Source of the DNA: Nemertoderma westbladi
Taxonomy: Eukaryota > Animalia > Xenacoelomorpha
Direction: 5' to 3'
NCBI GenBank assembly: GCA_032718475.1
Contig: JAUCBJ010002303.1
Coordinates: forward strand, 20,694 to 84,693
Length of the DNA stretch: 64,000 bases
Shown here one piece after another: positions 10,564-21,501 of the stretch. Under the pieces are notes generated by a model, which did no database searches, was not told the DNA's origin, and saw only the letters and a list, made by a program, of their open reading frames with translations. The translations under genes and the position numbers were made by a program. How positions within the stretch are numbered: the first letter of the stretch is position 1; every line of letters starts with the position of its first letter.

Positions 10564-12774
10564 ATGATCCTAGATGACGAAGGGACTGTGGAAGACAAGG
10601 AGGGTTCAAGGAGAGGATCGGCGGGATTGGCCAGAACCATACTCCTACATTTGGCCGCGCCAAATGGGGATATTTTCCTATTTGACCTGGGAACGTATGG
10701 GAAGAAGGACGGGCCGAAGTTAAACTTGCTGCCGAGGGCGGTGCAAGTCCTAGTGAGAGAGAAGTCGACAACAAAAGTGGGATTGGCGATTCGCGATGAC
10801 ACGGAGAGAATCATCGGTCCGGACACCCCCAACCTCCTGGATATGCAGACGGTCTTCATGGCTATGACAGCACCAGACGGGTTGGGACTAGTCGAGAACA
10901 CAGGCCATTGCGGAGCGGTGGCGATGGGCCAGCTATTGGGGCTCGTATGTCACAAACCAATGGACTGGGGGAAGTTCAGAGAAGAGTACGGAGCAGAATT
11001 AGCAAACTCGCTGAAGTGGGGAGCGAGGCCGGAAAAACAAGAGGTGTATCAATTCCGAAGAGGAGCGATAAAGGTATATCAGAAGCGATATATCCTGCAG
11101 GAGGACTGGATAATGATAGGTTTGCTTAACCTATTCATGACCGTGGTTATCGAGAGGGAACCAGCGGCATTCCTATTATCGGGATCACCCCTAAACTACA
11201 GAAGAGCCTTTAAGACGGCTTTCGTGGGTCTGGTAGACCACCCGGGGCTGAAGGGCGAGTCGGTGTACTACAACAGCCGACATCTGGTAGACGGGGAGAT
11301 AGATACTCCGTATCAGAGATGGGAGCAGCTAGAGACGGATAGACGAGAGGCGAAGCGACTGGAAGAAGTTGCTAGACGGGAGAGGAGAGAAGCAGAGGAA
11401 AGGGAGGAGGAAGCCAGGGCGCAGAGCTACGGCTTCGAGGAACAGACGGGCTTAGACGAACTTCGTTGGACTTCATCAGGGAGTTCGGGGGAGTCTCTAG
11501 GGCGAGAACTGGGATGGACGGTGGGATCACCGAAACAGTCAACGTCGGGATTGCAAGCGACGCCCATACCAGCGGGCACTGAGGGCGACCAGCCGCTAAG
11601 GAAGCTAGGGGAGCTAGAGGGATGGAGAGCTACGGGCGAGAGCCAAGGCGGGAAGGGACATAGTGGGTCCACCGGGATACCGGGGTTGGAGTCACTGCCA
11701 GAGGAGGACGAAGACGACGACGAGTTCGGGAGGATCGGCCACTCGGACACGCACTGGGTTGGCGGGAGGGTGGTGACGGCCAGTGGGGCGAGGGCCTTCT
11801 GGGATAGACCCGGCAAACGGGCCTGGGTGCACGAGGAGCCGGCGATGGATTTCGCGGGGAGCACTATCAGGTTGGGCGAGCAACCGGGGACGGCACCACG
11901 GGTAGTATTCGGGGAGACGATGCACGAGAGGGGCGAGGAGATCGACGTAGATAGGGACACTAACGCCCGGAAGTTCGCTTACCAGCGACTCCACAGACCG
12001 CGGAGATCGCTTGGGACGAAAGACGACGTGGGGCGGGAGACATTGGTACTCGGCTGCGACTACTGTGGGAGACAGACCCACCAGGAAAGGAGCTGTTTGT
12101 ACCGGTTCCAGAAAGGAACTAGTTGTCTCTATTGCCGCGAGTCGAGCCACAGGATGGGGGCGTGTCCACGGTTGCATAACCGATGTTCGAAATGTAACTT
12201 CCGGGGACATTACGGATGCCAGTGCGACTGGATGGACGACAAAGAAAAGTTTAGGATCTTCGAGGAGGTGGCCGACGTCGGAGCGATGACTCGGCAACGC
12301 ATGAAGGCCCAGGAGTTCCGGTGGGGCTTCTTTAACATCAATCAGGAGGCTCACATGGAGATTATCAAACGGAGGCTTCCGTTTACCTATCAGGAAGTGG
12401 CGACGGCGGTATCATATGCCGGAGTGATAAATACGCAGAGGTATTTGTATAGGTGGACGCCACAGAGTAGAGGAGAGTTTAGGGATTTCTTGGCGGAGCA
12501 TGTGCCGCAGGCAATGAAGATGATCTTATGGGACGCCACCAGGGGGAGACAACAGGGCCACTCGGAGGGGCCACCCGCTAAGCGATACCGGGAGCTAATA
12601 ACACCGGCACCCAAGGAGTCAACGACCGGGATCAGTAAGGAGGTGGTGGCGAGAGTCCGAAGCCAGAAAGCAGACAAGACCAGAGGAGCGGCAGTGACCA
12701 GGAAACGACCCAGGGAGGAGGACGACAAAGGGAAAGACTTGAGGTGGTTCCCAAAGGCTGGTGGAACGAACTAA
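10564..12774 (+). CDS. Retrotransposon extra 3' ORF: DEDDy-type 3'-5' exonuclease domain + coiled coil + three CCHC zinc knuckles
   Basis: ILDDEG (ExoI DxE), LLHLA..IFLFDL, LPRAVQVLV..KVGLAIRDD (ExoII), LLDMQ, QKRYILQED (ExoIII-like); E/R-rich helix; CDYCGRQTHQERSC, CLYCRESSHRMGAC and CSKCNFRGHYGCQC at 12055-12225. Confidence 0.78.
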   Translation: MILDDEGTVEDKEGSRRGSAGLARTILLHLAAPNGDIFLFDLGTYGKKDGPKLNLLPRAVQVLVREKSTTKVGLAIRDDTERIIGPDTPNLLDMQTVFMAMTAPDGLGLVENTGHCGAVAMGQLLGLVCHKPMDWGKFREEYGAELANSLKWGARPEKQEVYQFRRGAIKVYQKRYILQEDWIMIGLLNLFMTVVIEREPAAFLLSGSPLNYRRAFKTAFVGLVDHPGLKGESVYYNSRHLVDGEIDTPYQRWEQLETDRREAKRLEEVARRERREAEEREEEARAQSYGFEEQTGLDELRWTSSGSSGESLGRELGWTVGSPKQSTSGLQATPIPAGTEGDQPLRKLGELEGWRATGESQGGKGHSGSTGIPGLESLPEEDEDDDEFGRIGHSDTHWVGGRVVTASGARAFWDRPGKRAWVHEEPAMDFAGSTIRLGEQPGTAPRVVFGETMHERGEEIDVDRDTNARKFAYQRLHRPRRSLGTKDDVGRETLVLGCDYCGRQTHQERSCLYRFQKGTSCLYCRESSHRMGACPRLHNRCSKCNFRGHYGCQCDWMDDKEKFRIFEEVADVGAMTRQRMKAQEFRWGFFNINQEAHMEIIKRRLPFTYQEVATAVSYAGVINTQRYLYRWTPQSRGEFRDFLAEHVPQAMKMILWDATRGRQQGHSEGPPAKRYRELITPAPKESTTGISKEVVARVRSQKADKTRGAAVTRKRPREEDDKGKDLRWFPKAGGTN

Positions 12775-13466
12775 GACTTCGGTGTAACATGCCTGGAAGG
12801 CACCACGCGAGACGTGCGAACTCTTAAATACAAATTCAAATAATGTAAATAATCGAATAAGTACAATTTGTATGTACGTACGTAGCAATCAGTAATCTAG
12901 TAATGAAATATATATATTCGAAGTAAGTACTATAGTCATATAACCTTTCTCAATTAGCTACTGGGACTGGGGACCAATGGACTATAATACTACTACGGAC
13001 GAGACATTGGACGACATCACGCTTCTTGAGTGCGATGGCACAAAAGGGAGGGGTGAAACTCGTCGGGAGTGAGTGGTCAGGATAGAGGTTGAGTTGTAGT
13101 GCGGAGAGAGTGCGGAGTATAGAGAGAGTGTGAGCGCAATTCAAGTGTGGGGGGGAGAAGTAAGAGGCAGATTGAGGGACGAGGAGGTTCGAGAGTGTGT
13201 AAGAGTTGGGGTGAGAGTAGAGTAGAGTTGGAGTGGCGAAAATGTTGGGGAAACAAAAGTCGTGTGGGAGGAGCGCACGATCGGCCCGACACGGGATGCC
13301 AGACAAATGGGGTAGCATTATCATACCCATAGGGAGCGGTCTGGAAAGCCGGCTCTGAGAGAAAATAGTTCCACCCCACACCCGATACTAGATCGGGATC
13401 CAGCGGAATTGTAGCGCACTAGAGGTGGATGCTATCTTCTCACCAGGAAGATAGCATGGGGGGGAG

Positions 13467-14033
13467 TGTTAGCTTATCCAATTCCGCTAACCACCCCATA
13501 AAGTGAGCCATTAAGCAATATTGGGGAACACGAGGGTGAGCAGTCAACCTCGTGTCACCCCAACAAAGTGGGAAGGAGAAAGCACACACACACACACACA
13601 CAATAAGGGTCAGGGGTTACACCCCTGAGAGAGAGAGAGAGAGAGTAACAGGGGCGAAGGGAAACCCTCCAGGGGAGGAAAAGGGCGACAACAGGGTTAT
13701 TAGACAATGGGGGGAAGGCATCGGTTGAGTAATGTAACACAGCCAACCGTGCAATATATATTATCAGTACAGTAATCATTTCATTCACTTATAGTAAGTC
13801 AGTTTAGCTAGGGTAGTACCGGAACTTCAATTACCGTCTTCGTATACCATCCGTGTATCCAATATTGTATCTTATACTTTGTGTTATCATCTGTATACCT
13901 TATATCATATCTTATACTATTATACCCGGAGAACTATATACAGCGATCAATAACTCTCTTTACCTTTCACACACGGCGGGGACGCGTAGATTGAAAACCG
14001 GATAAACCGGGATCCTCCGTAGATCCCGTCACA
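13467..14033 (+). repeat. 3' LTR of BEL element 2 (567 bp)
   Basis: GGGGGGGAG|TGTTAGC start, CCCGTCACA end; contains (CA)n and (GA)n microsatellites. Confidence 0.87.
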
Positions 14034-14270
14034 CTTGTAGATATTCCCATTGAATTCACTGGGAAGAGCTATCACCTGGGCTGGGGTGGGGTGATACAAT
14101 ACAAACTCACAGGTGATTTTTGCTTAATGTCTGGGATAGAGTGACTGGGTAAACACAACCTTACTAAACTTGGCAACATGGCATGTAATATACTTGTCTG
14201 CAGTTTGGGCCTGTAATAATAGCATTCACAAGGCCCTCACTATCATTTTTCATGAGCTCACCAGCTGGTG
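14034..14270 (-). repeat. Unclassified dispersed repeat; related copies at about 14685-14860 (+), 21375-21490 (+) and 36385-36705 (+)
   Basis: Shared blocks caccagctg..ctcatga, gcccaaactgca, tcactcta(t/c)cccagaca and gaatatcta(c/t)aag; the 21375 copy shares only the upstream ggctttaaacgaacctg..gaaaattgc block. Confidence 0.65.
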
Positions 14271-16842
14271 ATTATACATTACTATTGGGTCTATGGCAAT
14301 TTTCGTGTTTTGGGGCTATTTTTCGAAATAAAACAAGTTGAGATGTTTCAATTTAAACCGCGATTTCACAAGTACCCATAGAAATCTATTTTCATGGTTC
14401 ATGCAAAATTTAATCAAAATCGTTAGAGCCGTTTTTGCACAAGTTAAGTAGGTACTGTAGTTGTCTAGTCAGTAGCTTTTTTGCTTATTAGAAGACCGAT
14501 AGGACTTCATACTGTAAAAGTATTCACTATGTATGTATATCGGGTTAACTCCTCCGAAACTATAGTTCGCCTGTCAATGAATGAAAGTTATATGAATCGA
14601 CGCAACTCAACCCCAGGGTGTGGAAAAAAAAAGTTTCTAAAAAAATTATTAAAGTGTATTTTTTTGTTTCAAAAAATAGCCTCAAAACACGAAAATTGCT
14701 ATAGACTCAATGATAGAAACACAAGCTGCTGGTGCTCATGAGGGCCTAGTAAGCTACTAACTATTGATTGAATGGATAGGCCCAAACTGCAACGAATTAC
14801 ATTACTTGTCAAATTTATTACTATCTCACTCTATCCCAGACAGAAAGCAAACATTGTAATATATTAGCCCGCCAGCCTATGATGTCCTTCAGTCCCGGGA
14901 TGCACCACAGCGCTTGTTTTATTGTACTAACTGACACCTGGCCGCCCGGTTGAACTTAGATTAATTACTGGCACCCGGTTGCACTCGCCGACACGTGGTT
15001 TGACTAACTATGGCCTAAGGTTGGTCTTGTTAGTGTGATCGTAGTCCCGGTTTACTACTGTTCGAGCAATTTTCATAGCAGGCTGCATAGAGCCTGCTAT
15101 GGTTAACTAAATACTGGCCCCGAAACGGCGAAAGTAAAGGTATTATATGTTAACTAGAACGCCATCAAGATGGCTTTAAACGAACCTGTCTTACACAGAC
15201 TCCAAGAAACAGATGGGATTGGAAGATGCAAACCAAGAATGACTTGCATCAACCAAAAAACTGCCTCCCATCTAATGTAATACACATTCGCCTAGGCAAA
15301 CAAATCATAATCACAATTACTACGATGATCTGTGAAATGGTATCCATATCCGCAACCTGAGAAACGGCCCAAAAGAGCAGTTTATTCTGCGGAGGGGTCT
15401 TTTCTGTATTAGATAAATAAAATAAAGAACACTATAATTACAGTATTTATACCTGATACATTCTCAGTTAGCCTAATAAAAACATCGGAGCAACCAATAT
15501 AATGTACATGTACAAGCATCCTATGAAAGTTTGTGAAATGTTCCCTTAAGTCTACCCAACAGCCGTTGGTACCCGGCTGGCAGCCACCCTGGTTCAGTTT
15601 TATGGTTTTGTTAGTTTAATCGACAGCTGTTGTAAACGTCCCAGATATACAAAACCTACTAAGCCTTTGCATTACAATTGAGCTTAGCCTAAGTTGATGA
15701 CAGTATTATAACGATGACAATTAGGCCCTATAGATACATACGATATATAAATGATGTACTGCTTGACATTACACTAACTGGCTGAATAGAGATAGAACTA
15801 TAATAATACGTTTGGCATTCTGTCAGATTTGAGTAGTAAGTAACCTCATAATAATTGCTAAATATCAATCACCTGAAAAACATTTCAAGCAAGGGAGTTG
15901 TGGGTATTTAATTTCGCGTTCAATAATGTTGAATATATGCAAATATTTCGAATATCGCACTTCGAATCGTTCCCAACTTTTTTATTCAACAACTAGACAA
16001 CAATTGATAAATACTTGCGTTTACAATTTTACAATGCATGCAAGTGGTTTCAAGCCATTTGGTGAACATACATAGTGACATATGTAGTGATATAGGTAAA
16101 TATATAAATATATATATCCATCGTGTTTTTGCCGGCCTCAGCTTTAGACAAAAACTACCCAGTCTAAAGACAGGTTCGTTATAAATTCACAAAGAAGGAC
16201 AAACTGATACGACGGTTGTCAATATCTGTGCGAATGTTTTTTCCCTTAGCATTCTCATTGGTGCTTCTATCAGTCTACAGTATACTATGTTAGTGCCATA
16301 TACTGTAGCAACCAACAACATTCTATAGCCAGGTTGGTGGAAAAAGCAGTTCAAAAATAACTCACGGTTGGTTAGATTTCCAAGCGGCGTCAAGAAGAGT
16401 TAACTGGTTAATAGGTACAGCACTGCTGGCGCATCCCGGGGCTGGCGGACACTGGCTGTCACTCATCCTGGACCTGTCCTGCATTGTTTATTTGACATAA
16501 GGTAGCGGCAGCAACACTCTTTAAATCACTTAGCTTTAAGTAGGCCTACCTGTCTCCAGTCTGCATGTGTGTTGTGCACTTCTTACTGGTCCGCAATGCT
16601 GCAATGCCTAATCTCTAAAATCACATACGGATTATTCTCCATAGGAATCCATTACGGCACACAAGCGAATGTACATAGGGATACGGCAAATGCATACGGA
16701 TACGGCGAAAAGTTACAGTATTTAAACCCGCCATTTCGACCGTTTCCTTGTGTTTTAAAACACGAGACAGTGGCACGTTATTTTAACCAAAACAATTTAC
16801 TAAACACAATTGAACAGGTTTCAGTTTTATTTTTGAGATTAA

Positions 16843-17668
16843 GGGGGGATGGGGGGGTACCCCCTCCTTGTGTAAAATTTTCATATTTTTGGTTTTCTAT
16901 TTCATCTCATGCAGAATTTAATGGGGAGTACAAATCTTGAAACAGTTTGGCGAGATCTTTTTTAGTTCTCGAGTTATCGCTGTCTTTCCGTCTATCAGTT
17001 TGTCCGTCAAAATTTAGAAGACAGACAGACATGCTGTCAGACAGACATATTAGATGCCACCAAACATTAAAACTGACATCAGAAATGAAATCACCGACCC
17101 CGAAAACCCCCATATTGATAATTTTAGTGAGTTGGTATGAAGCCATAGTGTCAAACAAAGTCATTAACACCCGATTAACACATTTTTCAAAATACTACTC
17201 CTCCGCCGTTTTTCACCCAAATTCGATAATTTATGGCTCGTTTGAAAGGTTTTTTGAACATCTTGAAAAATTATCCAGCACTTTTTTGAAAAAAATATTT
17301 TTTTTAATATTATTGAAAACTTTAATTAATTTTATTAATTTTAATTAATAAATTTAAATAATTTACTTAAAAATTAATAATTTAAAGAATCGGCTGGATA
17401 ATTTTTGTAGAAACGATGGTGCCGAGTCCAAAAAAGTTGGTTTCAAAAAAATTCGATAAATATTAAGGGACTAGTAGTTTTTTTAGTGAAATATTTAATT
17501 CCGCCACTCGCCGCTAGAGGGAAACAAAAAAATTTTAAATTTCAATTTTTGTTGCTCTTTGGCCTTCCCCACGGAGGCTGAACACAACATATAACAGTGA
17601 TATTGACCTACTACACGAAGTTTGAGCTGTTTAAAAAAAAACTCTCCTGAGGGGGTACCCCCTCCCCC
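16843..17668. mobile_element. Non-autonomous TIR element with TTAA target duplication (Kolobok-like termini)
   Basis: TTAA|GGGGGGATGGGGGGGTACCCC at left and GGGGTACCCCCTCCCCC|TTAA at right; GG...CC ends with TTAA fit Kolobok rather than piggyBac. Confidence 0.65.
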
Positions 17669-19544
17669 TTAAACAGCTGTAATAACTGTAAAACCTGGAC
17701 TATTGGCTTGTCATTAAAAACTATAAGATATTCGGTAGACTGACTATCCCGACCCGGGTCAGTAGGCTATATGATTCAGTGATTGATACTGTCAGCACAA
17801 AGTACTACAGTCAGTACTGCAGTAGGTACAGCTGGGTTTTCTATATTACTGTATTATAACAACGGATTTAACTGTTTAATTGATTACTGGATTCTAAACT
17901 TATTAATATGTAACGAAAGCCTATTACTTTTACACTTACAAAAACAAAATTAAAAATAAATTATTCACAAGTACTGAAGTACTTTTCGTTTTTCACCCAA
18001 ATTCGATAATTTATGGCTCGTTTGAAAGGTTTTTTGAACATCTTGAAAAATTATCCAGCACTTTTTTGAAAAAAATATTTTTTTTAATATTATTGAAAAC
18101 TTTAATTAATTTTATTAATTTTAATTAATAAATTTAAATAATTTACTTAAAAATTAATAATTTAAAGAATCGGCTGGATAATTTTTGTAGAAACGATGGT
18201 GCCGAGTCCAAAAAAGTTGGTTTCAAAAAAATTTCGATAAATATTAAGGGACTAGTAGTGTTTTTAGTGAAATATTTAATTCCGCCACTCGCCGCTAGAG
18301 GGACACAAAAAAATTTTAAATTTCAATTTTTGTTGCTCTTTGGCCTTCCCCACGTTGGCTGAACACAACATATAACAGTGATATTGACCTACTACACGAA
18401 GTTTGAGCTGTTTAAAAAAAACTCTCCTGAGGGGGTACCCCCTCCCCCTTAAACAGCTGTAATAACTGTAAAACCTGGACTATTGGCTTGTCATTAAAAA
18501 CTATAAGATATTCGGTAGACTGACTATCCCGATCCGGGTCAGTAGGCTATGATTCAGTGATTGATACTGTCAGCACAAAGTACTACAGTCAGTACTGCAG
18601 TAGGTACAGCTGGGTTTTCTATATTACTGTATTATAACAACGGATTTAACTGTTTAATTGATTACTGGATTCTAAACTTATTAATATATAACGAAAGCCT
18701 ATTACTTTTACACTTACAAAAACAAAATTAAAAATAAATTATTCACAAGTACTGAAGTACTTTTCGTTTTTCACCCAAATTCGATAATTTATGGCTCGTT
18801 TGAAAGGTTTTTTGAACATCTTGAAAAATTATCCAGCACTTTTTTGAAAAAAATATTTTTTTTAATATTATTGAAAACTTTAATTAATTTTATTAATTTT
18901 AATTAATAAATTTAAATAATTTACTTAAAAATTAATAATTTAAAGAATCGGCTGGATAATTTTTGTAGAAACGATGGTGCCGAGTCCAAAAAAGTTGGTT
19001 TCAAAAAAATTCGATAAATATTAAGGGACTAGTAGTGTTTTTAGTGAAATATTTAATTCCGCCACTCCCCGCTAGAGGGACACAAAAAAATTTTAAATTT
19101 CAATTTTTGTTGCTCTTTGGCCTTCCCCACGTTGGCTGAACACAACATATAACAGTGATATTGACCTACGACACGAAGTTTGAGCTGTTTAAAAAAAAAC
19201 TCTCCTGAGGGGGTACCCCCTCCCCCTTAAACAGCTGTAATAACTGTAAAACCTGGACTATTGGCTTGTCATTAAAAACTATAAGATATTCGGTAGACTG
19301 ACTATCCCGACCCGGGTCAGTAGGCTATATGATTCAGTGATTGATACTGTCAGCACAAAGTACTACAGTCAGTACTGCAGTAGGTACAGCTGGGTTTTCT
19401 ATATTACTGTATTATAACAACGGATTTAACTGTTTAATTGATTACTGGATTCTAAACTTATTAATATATAACGAAAGCCTATTACTTTTACACTTACAAA
19501 AACAAAATTAAAAATAAATTATTCACAAGTACTGAAGTACTTTT
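17207..19544. repeat. Tandem triplication of a ~780-bp unit
   Basis: Units start cgtttttcacccaaattcg at 17207, 17987 and 18765; near-identical; each holds the right half of the TTAA element plus flank. Confidence 0.97.
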
Positions 19545-19790
19545 CGTCTACTCTAGTGCATACTGTCAGACTGTATATAAAGAAATATAAACAATAATAT
19601 AAAGAAATATTTCATGGGATATTTATATTTATAAGATAGGACATTGTTCATACTGATACTGTATAGTGGTACTTTTATAAACATTACAACCCTAAATAAT
19701 GGTGATGTCAATTTAAACAGTATTAGTATACGACTACCAACTACTGTAGATAACATAAATAATCTAATAACTGACAATATAAATCTGTAA

Positions 19791-20822
19791 ATGGCTCTTC
19801 TTAGATGGGGTATTTGCGGGAGTGGCAAGATTAGTCACGATTTCAGCCTAGCGCTAGCCCTGAAAGCTGGAAAAGACAGACACTTGCTGCAAGCTGTTGC
19901 TGCGAGAAACAGCGAACGAGCTCAAAAATTCGCAAAAATTCACAACATCGGCACAGCGTACGGGGATTACAAGCAGCTAGCTGAGGACAGCGCTGTAGAC
20001 ATCGTCTACATCGGAGTCATACATCCGCACCATTTCGAAACCACTAAACTCTTCCTAAACGCAGGTAAACACGTATTGTGCGAGAAACCCTTAACCTTGT
20101 CATCCAAAGAAACAACCACTCTATGCGAGTTGGCAAAGAAGAACAACGTATTCCTTGCGGAGGGATTGTGGTCCCGATATTTTCCCATCTATAAACGGAT
20201 ACGCCAGATTATTGATGATAATGAAATAGGCGATGTTCGAACCGTGGCTGCCAATTTTGGTTTCAATTTATCTGCAGTCGATAGGCTGACAGATCCAGCA
20301 CTTGGTGGTGGTGCTTTGTATGATTTGGGTTTGTACACGATTCAGTTTGCCTTGTGGATATACCACAACTTTGGCTACAAACTTAATGATATATCTTCAG
20401 TAGGAGCTTTAAACCCGAGTACCAAAGTAGATGAAACCACTGTCGTTACGATGAAGTTTGCCGATTCCAAATTAGCGGTTCTCACCTCTTCCACCTCTTC
20501 TATACTGTCGAACACTGCAGTTGTGTCCGGCACATTGGGGTGTTTAACGGTTGAGAAGTTGTGGTGTCCCACCAAATTGGTCGTCAATGGGAAAGAAGAA
20601 ATTTACGACCTACCGGATATTAAGGAGATTAATTTAAAGGACAAAGGAGGATTTAATTTTATAAATTCAGCGGGTTTGATTTACGAGGCAGATGCAGTTC
20701 GCACCGCCATTAACGCCGGTCTCAAAGAAACTGCCGAAGCTCCTTGGTCTCAGACAATAGCGATAAGTGAGATAGTAGATACTGTACTTAAACAGGTTGG
20801 GTATAGAAGTGGAACTTTGTAA
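19791..20822 (+). CDS. DHDH: Dimeric dihydrodiol dehydrogenase / D-xylose 1-dehydrogenase (NADP)-like, Gfo/Idh/MocA family, copy 1; intronless
   Basis: LRWGICGSGKISHDF, DIVYIG..HPHH, GKHVLCEKP, EGLWSRYFP, GGGALYDLGLY, GLIYEA. Confidence 0.92.
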   Translation: MALLRWGICGSGKISHDFSLALALKAGKDRHLLQAVAARNSERAQKFAKIHNIGTAYGDYKQLAEDSAVDIVYIGVIHPHHFETTKLFLNAGKHVLCEKPLTLSSKETTTLCELAKKNNVFLAEGLWSRYFPIYKRIRQIIDDNEIGDVRTVAANFGFNLSAVDRLTDPALGGGALYDLGLYTIQFALWIYHNFGYKLNDISSVGALNPSTKVDETTVVTMKFADSKLAVLTSSTSSILSNTAVVSGTLGCLTVEKLWCPTKLVVNGKEEIYDLPDIKEINLKDKGGFNFINSAGLIYEADAVRTAINAGLKETAEAPWSQTIAISEIVDTVLKQVGYRSGTL

Positions 20823-21501
20823 TTTTTTATCATCAGGAAATTCAGAACCAGTATACTGTGTAAGGGTCAAGAGTGACTAAGTGTGCTGTAAGACTATTAT
20901 ACCATAAATTAATAATTATTTCATGGAGTGACTGAGAGGTAATACAGTATTATTGATTTTTAAGTGTTGAGGTGATGGTACATAAACAAAACAAATGACA
21001 ATTAGGTATTAATTATTGTTTTATATACTTACAGTGTTGCATTTTTAATTACTGTATAACATTATATTCATTCATGCAGTAATTAATTAAGCTGTTAAAG
21101 AATCAATTATATAATTCCCTCGGCTTTTACATTATGACCGGTAATATTTTATCAATTTGTTTTATGTAATGGACGACCCCACCCCATATGTTTTCTACAA
21201 ATCTTTTTTATCGTATTTTGTATTGCTTCACAGTTGACTGAACCATAGGGATTATAAAATTCTGGTTACGACTGTTGCGCTTGCCATCATTAAGATTGGT
21301 AAAACTTATAGATTCTCAAACGGTTACGAATTAAATTGGGCATCCGGGGTCCGGATAATTAAGTAATTTAAACTAGAAAGCCAGCAAGCTGGCTTTAAAC
21401 GAACCTGCCCTCAAACCAGTACCCTGAGTCAGTACCCTGAGTGAGCGAAATTGAAAACATGAAAATTGCCATCAACTCAATGATAGAACAGTCTGTGTTT
21501 G

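Larger units (their letters stand above)
2784..14033 (+). mobile_element. BEL/Pao LTR retrotransposon, element 2 (gag interrupted by element 1; gag-pol, tandem repeat, extra ORF, PPT, 3' LTR)
   Basis: Gag-PR-RT-RH-IN order with BEL motifs; PPT plus LTR at 13458-14033; no PBS after 2783, where gag-like coding sequence resumes. Confidence 0.92.

Noticed and set aside
10564-12774. env gene or second gag
   Set aside because: No signal peptide or clear membrane anchor; no capsid-like motif; the N-terminus fits a DEDDy nuclease.
12950-13381. Antisense ORFs MWGG... shared by both BEL elements (also 1934-2155)
   Set aside because: Similarity follows DNA homology only; frames diverge through indels and the starts are non-ATG.
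19791-20822. Bacterial horizontal transfer of the intronless oxidoreductase
   Set aside because: Motifs (LRWGI..G.ISHDF, WSRYFP, GLIYEA) match animal DHDH; lack of introns alone is insufficient.
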